Shown piece after piece: positions 1 through 8,979 of a stretch of 43,381 nucleotides of DNA (within the stretch, counting starts at the first letter, position 1; the number at the start of each line of letters is the position of its first letter). The notes below the pieces were generated by a model that ran no database searches, was not told where the DNA came from, and saw nothing but the letters and a program-made list of their open reading frames with translations. The position numbers and the translations under genes were made by a program. Source of the DNA: Candidatus Helarchaeota archaeon (GTDB lineage Archaea > Asgardarchaeota > Lokiarchaeia > Helarchaeales > RDOG01); NCBI GenBank assembly GCA_029838215.1, contig JALGVI010000016.1, positions 1-43,381 on the forward strand. The letters are read 5' to 3'.

Positions 1-429
1 GGAATCCAAGATCATTATTATTTTTTGAAATGCATGCGTGATTTCCCGAATGGAACTGAAAAATTGGTGTTGCGTCAAGCCATCTAGAAATATTCGATCA
101 ACTATGGTGAAGAGTTTCCGATCTTTAGGGTGAAAAGCCACGTCCAGAGGTCGCGTGATTATATAATTCATGACTTCAGTCCGAAACGTCAAGAATTTTG
201 CAGGCGATTTATTCAGCACGGAGAGATGTTGTGGACTTATCGTTACTTGGCAAGATACTATGATAAATGAGCGATCGTTTGGTTTTATTACCTGTAATTG
301 CAATTTGGTTGGTAATTTGATGAGAACTATGAATTCATTTGCGGGATTTGTCAATTTCTTGTCAAATATTCCTTCTTCTTGAGTCCATCTCTTTATCGAA
401 TCATACAAATCTTTTACGTCCTTTGGCAT
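1..429 (-). CDS. DUF2299-like archaeal hypothetical protein, truncated at the window edge
   Basis: Not in the ORF track. Manual translation from ATG at 429 (alternative ATG at 450) gives MPKDVKDLYDSIKRWTQEEGIFDKK...DRIFLDGLTQHQFFSSIREITHAFQKIIMILDS, open to base 1. The W..EEG and DRI(F/Y).DGLT patterns recall DUF2299. Confidence 0.65.
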   Translation of the reverse strand, partial: MPKDVKDLYDSIKRWTQEEGIFDKKLTNPANEFIVLIKLPTKLQLQVIKPNDRSFIIVSCQVTISPQHLSVLNKSPAKFLTFRTEVMNYIITRPLDVAFHPKDRKLFTIVDRIFLDGLTQHQFFSSIREITHAFQKIIMILDS

Positions 430-521
430 GAACCGCCACTCTCTCGTCATTAATAAACCATCAGATAAAAAAACTAATGGTACGGAATGATCACGCGATT
501 TAAAACGTGAATTTGAATTGA

Positions 522-1262
522 TTACTTGAGATAATAAGAGATTTTTTCAATCTTTTTCGAGCATTCTTCAATTATTAACTCGGCCATTCCCAATGGTGTT
601 CCCTTCCTAAATAGAATCGCCAACACGAGTTTCCAAAAACCTACAAGGACGATGGTTTTGGATTCCATTTCATAAATCATTTTTTTTATGGAATGCGCAC
701 GAGCTTCGTGGTGAACTTCTATGTGTTTTACAACTGAAAGTAAAACTTCAGCATTCAAGTAACTTATGATTGGAGACCCTGTTTCCGTTAAGAGAGCACT
801 TCCCTTAACTTCGTTCATTTCGTTTAATGAATGCAGGAGCTTCTGAAATTCTTCTCGAGATTCAATTTCTCCAAAAATTTCTTTTTTCTCAAAAATTTCG
901 TCAATGGCAGGTCCGATTTCGTGGAATAGCTTGATATTACCGTCCCACGTTTCATACCAATTTTCACCAAAGTTCTTCAAGAAAACATCACGCAATTTAA
1001 TGAGATTTTCACGCACGGATGAGATTGCTGCCGAGCTATCAACCAATGCAACAAGAATCAAATTCTTGGCGCGGTGAATCACAAACCTTTTCTTAGTCAT
1101 GTCAAGAATATCTAAATGTTCATTTACAACTTCTTTTGTAAATTGAATCAGGGCGGAAAAGAAACCGGTTATCAAATCAGTATCAAATTTTCTATGGTCA
1201 AATGGCTTATGAAAAACACAAAGTCCCGATGAATCGAGAATCCAGATATCGTAATAAACCAA
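522..1262 (-). CDS. Longin-like domain fused to a C-terminal roadblock/LC7-like domain
   Basis: The N-half (IWILDSSGLCVFHKPF...DLITGFFSALIQFTKEV...LILVALVD...F...F) follows the longin pattern. The C-half (VKGSALLTETGSPIIS...IYEMESKTIVLV...VLAILFRKGTPLGMAELII) follows the roadblock pattern. TTG start. Confidence 0.75.
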   Translation of the reverse strand: MVYYDIWILDSSGLCVFHKPFDHRKFDTDLITGFFSALIQFTKEVVNEHLDILDMTKKRFVIHRAKNLILVALVDSSAAISSVRENLIKLRDVFLKNFGENWYETWDGNIKLFHEIGPAIDEIFEKKEIFGEIESREEFQKLLHSLNEMNEVKGSALLTETGSPIISYLNAEVLLSVVKHIEVHHEARAHSIKKMIYEMESKTIVLVGFWKLVLAILFRKGTPLGMAELIIEECSKKIEKISYYLK

Positions 1263-1541
1263 GATTGAACGACCTGCTAAAAGATGGATATGCTTTTTTT
1301 GATAAATATATCTAAAATTTGATTTTTAATTCTTTGGTCTGTCTGTCTTGTGGCATATTAAGAATTTGAAAATGCAAAAATTAAAAAAAAACTCAATTTC
1401 GCGGAAAAGCAAAGCAAGTTTGTTACCTGAATCAAGAAGAAGAAGAATTTAGTCATTTATATCTTGGAGCTTTCATTAAGTGAATATATTAGGAAATTTC
1501 AGGAGCGTGTTAAGAAATAAGAAAAAGATGGAAATTATATG

Positions 1542-2009
1542 TTAGGATAAGTGAATTATAAATTCACAACAGGGTTTGCCTTCAGCTTTCAAGGTGATTT
1601 TCTCGAGCTCGGCTTTTCCAAAAGCAGTTTTCGCAGCGGTTTCTATCAATCCTTCAGTATAGGTACAATAAAATTGATGTGAGATATCCATATCAGCAGA
1701 TTCGAATGGGCACACATTGAGCTTCACGCGAACATCATTACCTTCGGCGGTCAATTCGGCACCTCCTTCACCCAAGACGGGTTCAAGAACATCATTAACA
1801 AGAGCCTCAGAAAAATTACTTGGAGTCCAATTGTCGATTTTAAACTTCTTTTTCATGCGCTCAACAACATTAGTTCCTATTCGTTCACCTATCAATCGAT
1901 ACACAGTTCTAATGGTTTCAGGACCCATTATATTATTCATTTCCTGTATGCTCATCTTGAAAATGCTTGAGATGAACTTCAGTTTTTTAATATCCTCTGA
2001 CATTTTCAA
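1542..2009 (-). CDS. V4R / Bet3(TRAPP)-fold small protein
   Basis: Contains IGERIG, VCPF, FYCTYTEGLIETA and KPCCEFII, the typical V4R Cys pattern. Confidence 0.75.
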   Translation of the reverse strand: MKMSEDIKKLKFISSIFKMSIQEMNNIMGPETIRTVYRLIGERIGTNVVERMKKKFKIDNWTPSNFSEALVNDVLEPVLGEGGAELTAEGNDVRVKLNVCPFESADMDISHQFYCTYTEGLIETAAKTAFGKAELEKITLKAEGKPCCEFIIHLS

Positions 2010-2021
2010 ACCTCATCGATT

Positions 2022-2405
2022 TCAACCTGATTCAAAGATTTCTTTTATCTTTAAAACGGCATCCTCCATTTCTAATGTTACTAGTCCAACATTTGGGTTT
2101 GAACTCGTTATTACAACCAAAATGACCTTTCCCGCCTCCTGTAGAAACATGTCGCCTTTGGAAATCGTAAGATGTAGCCCCTGAAATATGCCCTGATCAA
2201 ATAAAGATTCACCAGTACGCTTTGACGTTCCAAGTAGTGCTGCAGACATGGCAGCAATCATTCGCTCGCTGGCTTCGTTTGGTAAAGCCGAAACAACCAA
2301 TAAACCATTTGTACGAATTATGGCAGATCCCTTGATATCGGAAACTTTACTTTCCAAATCATTCAAGATAATCTTCGCATTTTCTATTTTCGATATGAAA
2401 ATCAC
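2022..2405 (-). CDS. Roadblock/LC7 (MglB-like) domain protein
   Basis: Contains IKGSAIIRTNGLLVVSALP, ERMIAAMSAALLG and NVGLVTLEM, classic roadblock motifs. The true start may be slightly different. Confidence 0.9.
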   Translation of the reverse strand: MIFISKIENAKIILNDLESKVSDIKGSAIIRTNGLLVVSALPNEASERMIAAMSAALLGTSKRTGESLFDQGIFQGLHLTISKGDMFLQEAGKVILVVITSSNPNVGLVTLEMEDAVLKIKEIFESG

Positions 2406-2519
2406 GCCCTTTTAAATGGGTTTTTTTTGTCTAAAGGGAATTTATTTTCGATTTCATTTTTATCGTTATAAAATAGGATTTTAAGTTTTTGTTTTAGGGA
2501 TACAATCATTGCGAATTTC

Positions 2520-3542
2520 TCAAAAAATTAAAAGTAAAAATAATAAAGGAATTGCAAGGAGTGACGTGCAAATCGGAGTTATTAGGTTATCATCATAGTA
2601 AGGTTTAGAATGTCTTGCGAGACTTTCAAAAAAGGCAGCAATTCCAGCTAAAAATATTGAATAAACAACATATAGTGGAAAAGGAAGGCTTGGTGCAAGT
2701 ATTAACACCATTGTCAAGGGAGACAGTCCGATCAATGCAATGATTAAACCCGCACCGAAAAAGCAAAGACTGCCTTCAAGAGATTTTTCCCTGTTTTGGA
2801 TTAATTTATGCTTTCCGTATTTTTTCCCGCCGTAATAAGCACAAGTATCGCCAATGCCCCATGTCAAGATTATCACCAAATACAACATTGAAATTAAACC
2901 GGGTGAATTAAAAACGTCCAAAAAAAGAACGGCGATCAAGAGCACGACTGCTGATGAAAATAACGCCATGAAAGAAGGCATGTACATTTCACCCGGATTG
3001 ACTTGTCTTCCAAGAGCATTAAAAGTATCCGTGAAATACGTTTTCTTCCCGATTTTCACGTAGATGAGTTCGTGTGCCAAAAAAGCACCCGCCAATCCAA
3101 AAACTACAAAAATTCCCAACCAATGACCGCAGATCGCCACGAGAAAAACGACTACGACTCCAGATATAATATTGAATAACTTCCGAGAGAAAGTCCGCAC
3201 TTCTTTATCCTTTCCTTCGACAGACTTCTTTCGTTTTTCACCGATAATGATGAGTATTGCAAGGAGAATATCGAGAAATAAAATCGAAAATAACACGAAG
3301 AAAGGGTTCACGCGAGATAGTCCAAGAAACAAGCTGCAAAGAATCGTAACGTTGGGAATGGATAATAAAATGGCAGACCAAAGAAAAGACTTCTCTTCTT
3401 CCATGATGAGAACCTTCAGCAAAATTGATTTTAACCGATCACGTGTGAATTGATGCCTTCGTGAAGAAGGATTTAATAAATCTACGTAAAAATCATGATA
3501 AGTATGGATCTTCAAAGATTTAAGAGCGATCATCACGACCAT
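2520..3542 (-). CDS. Polyprenol/dolichol/phytol kinase family (CTP-dependent) membrane protein
   Basis: Multi-pass membrane protein with GIGDTCAYYGGKKYGKHKL...KSLEGS and a C-terminal DDNL motif. The start may be the downstream ATG at 3404 (MEEEKS). Confidence 0.8.
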   Translation of the reverse strand: MVVMIALKSLKIHTYHDFYVDLLNPSSRRHQFTRDRLKSILLKVLIMEEEKSFLWSAILLSIPNVTILCSLFLGLSRVNPFFVLFSILFLDILLAILIIIGEKRKKSVEGKDKEVRTFSRKLFNIISGVVVVFLVAICGHWLGIFVVFGLAGAFLAHELIYVKIGKKTYFTDTFNALGRQVNPGEMYMPSFMALFSSAVVLLIAVLFLDVFNSPGLISMLYLVIILTWGIGDTCAYYGGKKYGKHKLIQNREKSLEGSLCFFGAGLIIALIGLSPLTMVLILAPSLPFPLYVVYSIFLAGIAAFFESLARHSKPYYDDNLITPICTSLLAIPLLFLLLIF

Positions 3543-3614
3543 GAATCGCTAAGAATGATTAGTAATTGATTTTAAGTTCAAGAAAAATAAAAATGAAAAT
3601 AAAAAGAGACGATA

Positions 3615-5819
3615 TTAGAAGACAGATGTAACAATCAAGAACAATGGCAGGAATACGGGAAAGAATGTAAGTGCCATATTGTTGATCGTAGTGACAAAGC
3701 TGCTCAAGGCGGCTCCCGCAGTGTCTTTCATCGGATCGCCGACAGTATCGCCGATTATCGTGCTTTTGTGGAGTTCGGTTCCTTTTAGACCCTGTGAAGA
3801 CACGTATTTCTTCGCGTTGTCAAAAGCAGCCCCACCCACGTTTAAAAAGATGCCCATTCCGCCGGCAGTAAATGTCGCAACAATCAAAAACGCAGCCACC
3901 GTATAAGGTCCGAGAATAACCCCAACAAGGATGGGCATGGCAACAACGAGAACGCCGGGAGCAATCATTGCCTTTAGGGAGGAAATACTACTAATATCCA
4001 CGCATCGAGCATAATCGGGTAATTCAGTTCCATCCATTATTCCCGGTTTTTCTCTGAATTGTCTGCGGACTTCATCAATGACTACGGAAGCAGTTTCGCC
4101 TGCTGATCGCAAAAGCATGCTGACGAAAAGAAACACTATTATGACCCCGAGAATGCCGCCGATAGCAATGGTCGGAATTCCAAGATTTATCCCTGTTGCC
4201 GCATAAATTGGAAACCTGGATTCTTCATCCTTTAATAATTCGAGATAGGCATTAATCACGACAAAGCCGATCGTCATTCCCGATATGATAGAGAATCCCT
4301 TTGTCAAGGATTTAGTTGAATTTCCAGTTGCATCGAGCAGATCCACGCGTTCTTCCACTTCGTCCGAAACGCCTGACATTTCTGCTACCGAGCCAGCATT
4401 GTCAGAAATGGGACCGAATCCATCCATACTTAGGATGATTCCCGTTCCTGAAGTCATTCCCATGCTCATCAACACGATCCCAAATATTCCGCCGAAAGCC
4501 CAAGAAATCGGTGCAATCGATGTTGCTGCAAATGCCATTCCGCAAGCATAAGAGCCTCCAATCAAAACGGTTATTATTAATAATGGAACAAACGGAGCTT
4601 CCATTCCTTTGGAGAGCCCTGCAATTATATTTGTAGCAGTTCCAGTCTTTGCCTGCTCGACAATATCATACGTTACTTTTCCATCCCGAGCGGTATAATA
4701 GTTCACGCAATAACCAATGATGATATTTGCAAGAATCCCAAAAATGCCCGCAAAGATCAGGAAAATATTTTGAAAGAGAATTGAAACAATGATAACGAAA
4801 AATGCTCCAATCGCAAAGCTACTAATGTTTAATCCTCTATTGAGAACTTTCCACGTATCTTTTGTTTCCTTTGCATTCACGATGTAATAATAGCCGCCAA
4901 TTGTGGCGAACGTTGCGAATGCTCGAATTAGAAATGGAAAGAAAATGATATAAATGGGAAAATGATTAGGAGCAAGCAGGACCAAGCTTGAAGCCATTAT
5001 CATTGATGATACCAATTCGCTCGTTAATGTCTCGTACAGATCTGCACTTCGTCCTGCACAATCACCCACGTTATCACCCACGGCATCAGCAATGACAGCA
5101 GGATTCCTAGGATCATCTTCAGGGATGTCTTTTTCAAGTTTACCGACAATATCAGCTCCAATATCAGCACCTTTTGTGAAAATGCCACCTCCTAACTGAA
5201 TGATAACACTGGCAAACGAAGATCCAAAACCGCATCCGGCAATGACTTTAAACAATTCACCATAGAAAACGTTAGGAACGCGGAGATCAATTGTAGTAAA
5301 GGGAATGATGGGCATGAATTGTTGCATGAAAACAAAAAGATTAGAGAATGCCACGTAGGTTATGAAGATTTGGATGACATTTACACCAAACACGATGAGC
5401 CCCATTATCGTGCCTCCCTTAAACGCAGTACGGAAGGCAGATTTGAGATCGGTATGGGCAGCTTGAGTGACACGGGCATTAGTCCTTGTTGCCACGTCCA
5501 TTCCAATGAATGCCGCAGCCATGCTAGTTATTGTACCAATTGAATAAGTAATTGCAACGAAAGGACTGAGTCCTACAAAACTTCCAAAAAACAATATCAC
5601 TAGAGCAATGATTAATGCAATGATACCAATGGTCTTGAATTGCCGTTTCATATATGCCTTGGCACCGGTTCGGATGTAAGAATAAATTTGAGTCATTCTC
5701 TCGGTGCCTGTAGATATTTTTCGAGTTTGATTCCAAATATGAAGGGCAAAAATGATAGCAACAATACCACCAATAGAACCAATGGTCAGAAATACCATAG
5801 AAACGATAATTTCAAACAC
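3615..5819 (-). CDS. hppA: Membrane-bound ion-translocating pyrophosphatase, K+-independent signature
   Basis: Contains GGGIFTKGADIGAD, IPEDDPRNPAVIAD.VGDNVGD, DGFGPISDNAG, GNSTKSLTKG, DNAKK and GDTVGDPMKDTAG, with many TM segments. Confidence 0.97.
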   Translation of the reverse strand: MFEIIVSMVFLTIGSIGGIVAIIFALHIWNQTRKISTGTERMTQIYSYIRTGAKAYMKRQFKTIGIIALIIALVILFFGSFVGLSPFVAITYSIGTITSMAAAFIGMDVATRTNARVTQAAHTDLKSAFRTAFKGGTIMGLIVFGVNVIQIFITYVAFSNLFVFMQQFMPIIPFTTIDLRVPNVFYGELFKVIAGCGFGSSFASVIIQLGGGIFTKGADIGADIVGKLEKDIPEDDPRNPAVIADAVGDNVGDCAGRSADLYETLTSELVSSMIMASSLVLLAPNHFPIYIIFFPFLIRAFATFATIGGYYYIVNAKETKDTWKVLNRGLNISSFAIGAFFVIIVSILFQNIFLIFAGIFGILANIIIGYCVNYYTARDGKVTYDIVEQAKTGTATNIIAGLSKGMEAPFVPLLIITVLIGGSYACGMAFAATSIAPISWAFGGIFGIVLMSMGMTSGTGIILSMDGFGPISDNAGSVAEMSGVSDEVEERVDLLDATGNSTKSLTKGFSIISGMTIGFVVINAYLELLKDEESRFPIYAATGINLGIPTIAIGGILGVIIVFLFVSMLLRSAGETASVVIDEVRRQFREKPGIMDGTELPDYARCVDISSISSLKAMIAPGVLVVAMPILVGVILGPYTVAAFLIVATFTAGGMGIFLNVGGAAFDNAKKYVSSQGLKGTELHKSTIIGDTVGDPMKDTAGAALSSFVTTINNMALTFFPVFLPLFLIVTSVF

Positions 5820-5974
5820 AAGTTTTCACCAATTCTATCTTTCCGATTTTCAACAGGCTTTTCTTTCTATTAAAAGAAGTTTAACTCAGAGATCCGTGAT
5901 TCATCTCTCGATAACTATCAAACTTCCTAGATATTCCTGAATGAAGATTTCAAATTAAGCAAAATTTTACTTTC

Positions 5975-6024
5975 AAATTTAAAAAGGTTTTGATTAGAAT
6001 AGCGCAAAATTTAAAAAGGTTTTG
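5975..6024 (-). repeat. Exact 18-bp direct repeat with a promoter-like (BRE+TATA) sequence upstream of hppA
   Basis: aaatttaaaaaggttttg occurs at 5975-5992 and 6007-6024. The minus strand reads CAAAACCTTTTTAAATTT. Confidence 0.75.
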
Positions 6025-6155
6025 CAAAATACTCGAGAATTCAGAAGCATTTTTAGGAATCAAGCCAGATTTCTCATTCAATTAAAGGCAAGAATTAGAA
6101 TCGAAAAATAAATCGGTTAGATCAATTCATGTAAAAAGAAAATGAAAGGAGGTTT

Positions 6156-7349
6156 TCAAATAATTCCTTTTCGTGTTAATTCCTTGATTTTTTCGTCAGA
6201 ATAGTCCAAAAAACGACCATATATTTCAATATTATGTTCTCCCAATTTAGGCGCCTTTCGTTCCACCTTTCCCCCAGCTTCTGAAAAACGAAGGATGACA
6301 TTGGGAATGGTTGCCTTTTCAACGCCATCATCAGAAAAATCGAAGTGCGTTAATAACGTTCCACGAGCACTTAATTGAGGATGATCCCGCACTTCGTCAA
6401 CGCTTAGCACGGGAGAACAAGGGATGCGTTCTCCAGTTAATATCCCGATAATTTCATCTCGGGTTAGCGAGCTCGTCCATTCCGTTAGTATCTCATCCAA
6501 CTCTTCTATATGGTTCATCCGCTTGTGAGCATTCTTGAACCGTCTATCCCGAACTAATTCTTGACGTCGAATTATGACCATCATTTTCTTAAACTGCTTC
6601 TCAGTGACACATACGATCGCGACACGTTTTCCATCTTTCGTGGGATATTGATTATATGTCGGGAGCCACGTCAAACCACCTTTCTTGCGATTTTTTGCGA
6701 AATCCATGAACTCGCGTGCGTGGGCCCTAATATTCAGGTTGTACATCATGTCCTGCATCGATAAATCAATAAATACGCCCTTACCGGTTTTTTCGCGATA
6801 ATAGAGAGCTTGCGAAACTCCGAGTGCAATGAAATGACCAGCTGTAAGGTCGGCATACGGAATATGCGGAGCACCCTTTATTTCATTTGCATCTAACATT
6901 CCAGAGGATGCTTGTGCTATTACATCGAATGCTGGTTGTGAGCAATACTCCTCCAATCCAGTCTGTCCAAATCCAGATATGGCACCATATATCAGCTGGG
7001 GATTTAACGGTTTCAAGACGGTCTCATAATCAAGCCCCCATTTCTTCATCACTCCAGGTGTAAAATTTTCAAGTACGATATCAACGTGTTTCACCAGTTC
7101 TTTGAAAATTTCCTGACCTTCTTTATATCGCAAGTTCAACGTGATGGATTTCTTATTTCGATTGATTATGGAAAACAATGGGCTGATTTGCTTGTTAAAT
7201 AACACGAATAATCGTAACGGTTCCCCAACTCCAGGGGGTTCTATTTTTATGACTTCAGCGCCTTGATCACTTAATTGAGTTGATCCCCAGGGACCCGAAA
7301 AAAACTGCGACAAGTCGAGAACGATCAAGCCTTCAAGTATTCTGTCCAT
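6156..7349 (-). CDS. Family III CoA-transferase (CaiB/BaiF)
   Basis: Contains VLDLSQFFSGP, GAEVIKIEPPG, NRNKKSITLNL, ENFTPG, ISGFGQTG, a catalytic-Asp region AFDVIAQA, and APKLGEHN. Confidence 0.95.
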   Translation of the reverse strand: MDRILEGLIVLDLSQFFSGPWGSTQLSDQGAEVIKIEPPGVGEPLRLFVLFNKQISPLFSIINRNKKSITLNLRYKEGQEIFKELVKHVDIVLENFTPGVMKKWGLDYETVLKPLNPQLIYGAISGFGQTGLEEYCSQPAFDVIAQASSGMLDANEIKGAPHIPYADLTAGHFIALGVSQALYYREKTGKGVFIDLSMQDMMYNLNIRAHAREFMDFAKNRKKGGLTWLPTYNQYPTKDGKRVAIVCVTEKQFKKMMVIIRRQELVRDRRFKNAHKRMNHIEELDEILTEWTSSLTRDEIIGILTGERIPCSPVLSVDEVRDHPQLSARGTLLTHFDFSDDGVEKATIPNVILRFSEAGGKVERKAPKLGEHNIEIYGRFLDYSDEKIKELTRKGII

Positions 7350-7438
7350 TGTTGATCACGGATAATCTTTTTTCGATAAAACAATTGAGAAATTCATCTT
7401 TTTCATTTGGTAGAGAATTTATAATTGAAAAAGTTCTA

Positions 7439-8758
7439 ATGTTTTTATTCAAAAACTTTATCAACCGGAATTGGAGACCTGATACTTTGGAATTTGAAAG
7501 AATACACGTAGAACACGTTGCCTTATTCGATAAGTTAATACAACTTTTTGCAGGGGGAAGACAGATCAAGAGATTTAATCCCGATGGGACTCGAGAATCA
7601 TTTATTTGGCCGTATTCATTTCCATTTATTGTTCGCCTCACAAAATGGCTAGATCGACACCAAATTCATCGGTATACAATGAAAAGGAAGGGTCCTTTAT
7701 TTTGGCTAGCGCGTGCTATGGGATTTCTTTTCGGCGGTTTGGCAATTTATTTTTCGGGTTGGACCGATCCCGTCATTCATAATATTAAATTTATTTATAA
7801 AAATCGGTTAAAACGCTACGATGAAAAAACGCGGAAACAAATTTTTAAAAACATCATATATCGAAACTGTCGTTACATGGCTCGATTATTAATTGAAGAT
7901 CTTTTGGTCTTTCCATCTTACGTTCACTATAAAAACTTGAAAGATAGAGATGGAATGAATCTCGAAAAATATAGACGTAAGTACGAACAATATTACGAAC
8001 TCAAGGGCAAGGAAAATTTGGATGCTGCCTTTGAAAAGTATGGAGGTGCAATACTTCTATACCTGCACACGAATTCGTTCATTCTCGGATCTTGCTATTT
8101 TGGTTTTCACGGTTATAATTGCATCATTCCAATTGATAGTCATGGAGTGAAGGCAATATCACGTTACATGAAGGGAAGCGGTCAGCATGTCATAGACGCT
8201 CATGACCCAAAAATCAAGAAGAAAATTGATAGATACTTGAAAAATAAAAAGAATCCCGTCTTCATATCAACAGCAGATATGGGGTATCCGAACCAAACAC
8301 TTCTTCCATTCTTTTCAGAACTATGTCGGACGCCTGTAGGACCAGCAGTCTTGGCGCAAAGATATAATCTTCCAGTCCTGCCAATGTGGGAAGAAACACA
8401 TCCAAAAAAATTCTACCACACGCTAAACATTGGAAAGGAAATCGATTTCATCAGGGATGAAAGTGTACCAAAAAGAGACAGGATATGCAAGAATTCAATT
8501 AAATGTAATAAAGAGATAGAAAAGATCATACTCAAAGACCCGGCAAAATGGTGCCTTCTTTCACAGGTTCATAATATACGGCGTTTTAATCCCGTGTTTG
8601 AAATTCAAGGATTAGGCGTCAATAAAATGCTCTTAAAACAGCTCGAATCATTTAAAATAACCATAAAAGAAAGTTACGAAGAAAATCGACAAGATGACAG
8701 GATAATAAAAGCCCTCGAGCGGTCTATTGAAAGTTTAAAGGCCTTAGAAAAATCCTGA
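7439..8758 (+). CDS. LpxL/HtrB-type lysophospholipid acyltransferase superfamily protein
   Basis: Contains GAILLYLH, ISTADMG, LPFFSELCRTPVGPAVLAQRYNLPVLP and IEKIILKDPAKWC. Start moved from the track's 7280, which overlaps the divergent gene, to the ATG at 7439. Confidence 0.7.
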   Translation: MFLFKNFINRNWRPDTLEFERIHVEHVALFDKLIQLFAGGRQIKRFNPDGTRESFIWPYSFPFIVRLTKWLDRHQIHRYTMKRKGPLFWLARAMGFLFGGLAIYFSGWTDPVIHNIKFIYKNRLKRYDEKTRKQIFKNIIYRNCRYMARLLIEDLLVFPSYVHYKNLKDRDGMNLEKYRRKYEQYYELKGKENLDAAFEKYGGAILLYLHTNSFILGSCYFGFHGYNCIIPIDSHGVKAISRYMKGSGQHVIDAHDPKIKKKIDRYLKNKKNPVFISTADMGYPNQTLLPFFSELCRTPVGPAVLAQRYNLPVLPMWEETHPKKFYHTLNIGKEIDFIRDESVPKRDRICKNSIKCNKEIEKIILKDPAKWCLLSQVHNIRRFNPVFEIQGLGVNKMLLKQLESFKITIKESYEENRQDDRIIKALERSIESLKALEKS

Positions 8759-8898
8759 CTCTCTAAAAACAAGAAATTCAAGCAGATTTAACGGATTTTA
8801 AAAAATAGGTCATTAATAAATGAAAAGATTTCACGAGAAAGACGAACACTTAGAAGTTAGTCACAATAGAAAAGCAACTTGGATTACTCAAAACACGA

Positions 8899-8970
8899 TC
8901 ACTTACCTTTCTGCTTGCGTCTTTTACGCGCTATCTTCCTGTTTCTTTTCTTCTTCCATTTTTGTCTGAT
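8899..8970 (-). CDS. rpl41e: Ribosomal protein eL41/eS32-like peptide (23 aa) with an apparent ATC start
   Basis: The minus strand translates to (I/M)RQKWKKKRNRKIARKRRKQKGK*, collinear with eukaryotic eL41 [25 protein letters not shown]. GGAGG lies 9 nt upstream, with a TATA/BRE further upstream. An in-frame TGA two codons upstream excludes an upstream ATG. Confidence 0.75.
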   Translation of the reverse strand: MRQKWKKKRNRKIARKRRKQKGK

Positions 8971-8979
8971 GATTCACGT

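Noticed and set aside
1263-1541. tRNA or structured ncRNA in the larger intergenic gaps (also 5820-6155 and 8759-8898)
   Set aside because: AT-rich, with only A/T tracts and promoter/terminator-like sequence. No cloverleaf or GC-rich stems were visible by eye; a covariance-model search was not run.
7280-7438. Track's long N-terminus for the acyltransferase
   Set aside because: It overlaps the divergent CoA-transferase start and leaves no promoter space. ATG 7439 is more plausible.
8924-8977. Alternative GTG-started 17-aa ORF (VNHQTKMEEEKKQEDSA) overlapping the eL41-like frame
   Set aside because: GTG is only 2 nt from the GGAGG and the peptide resembles nothing, whereas the other frame matches eL41 over its full length. 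It is not formally excluded as a regulatory overlapping ORF.
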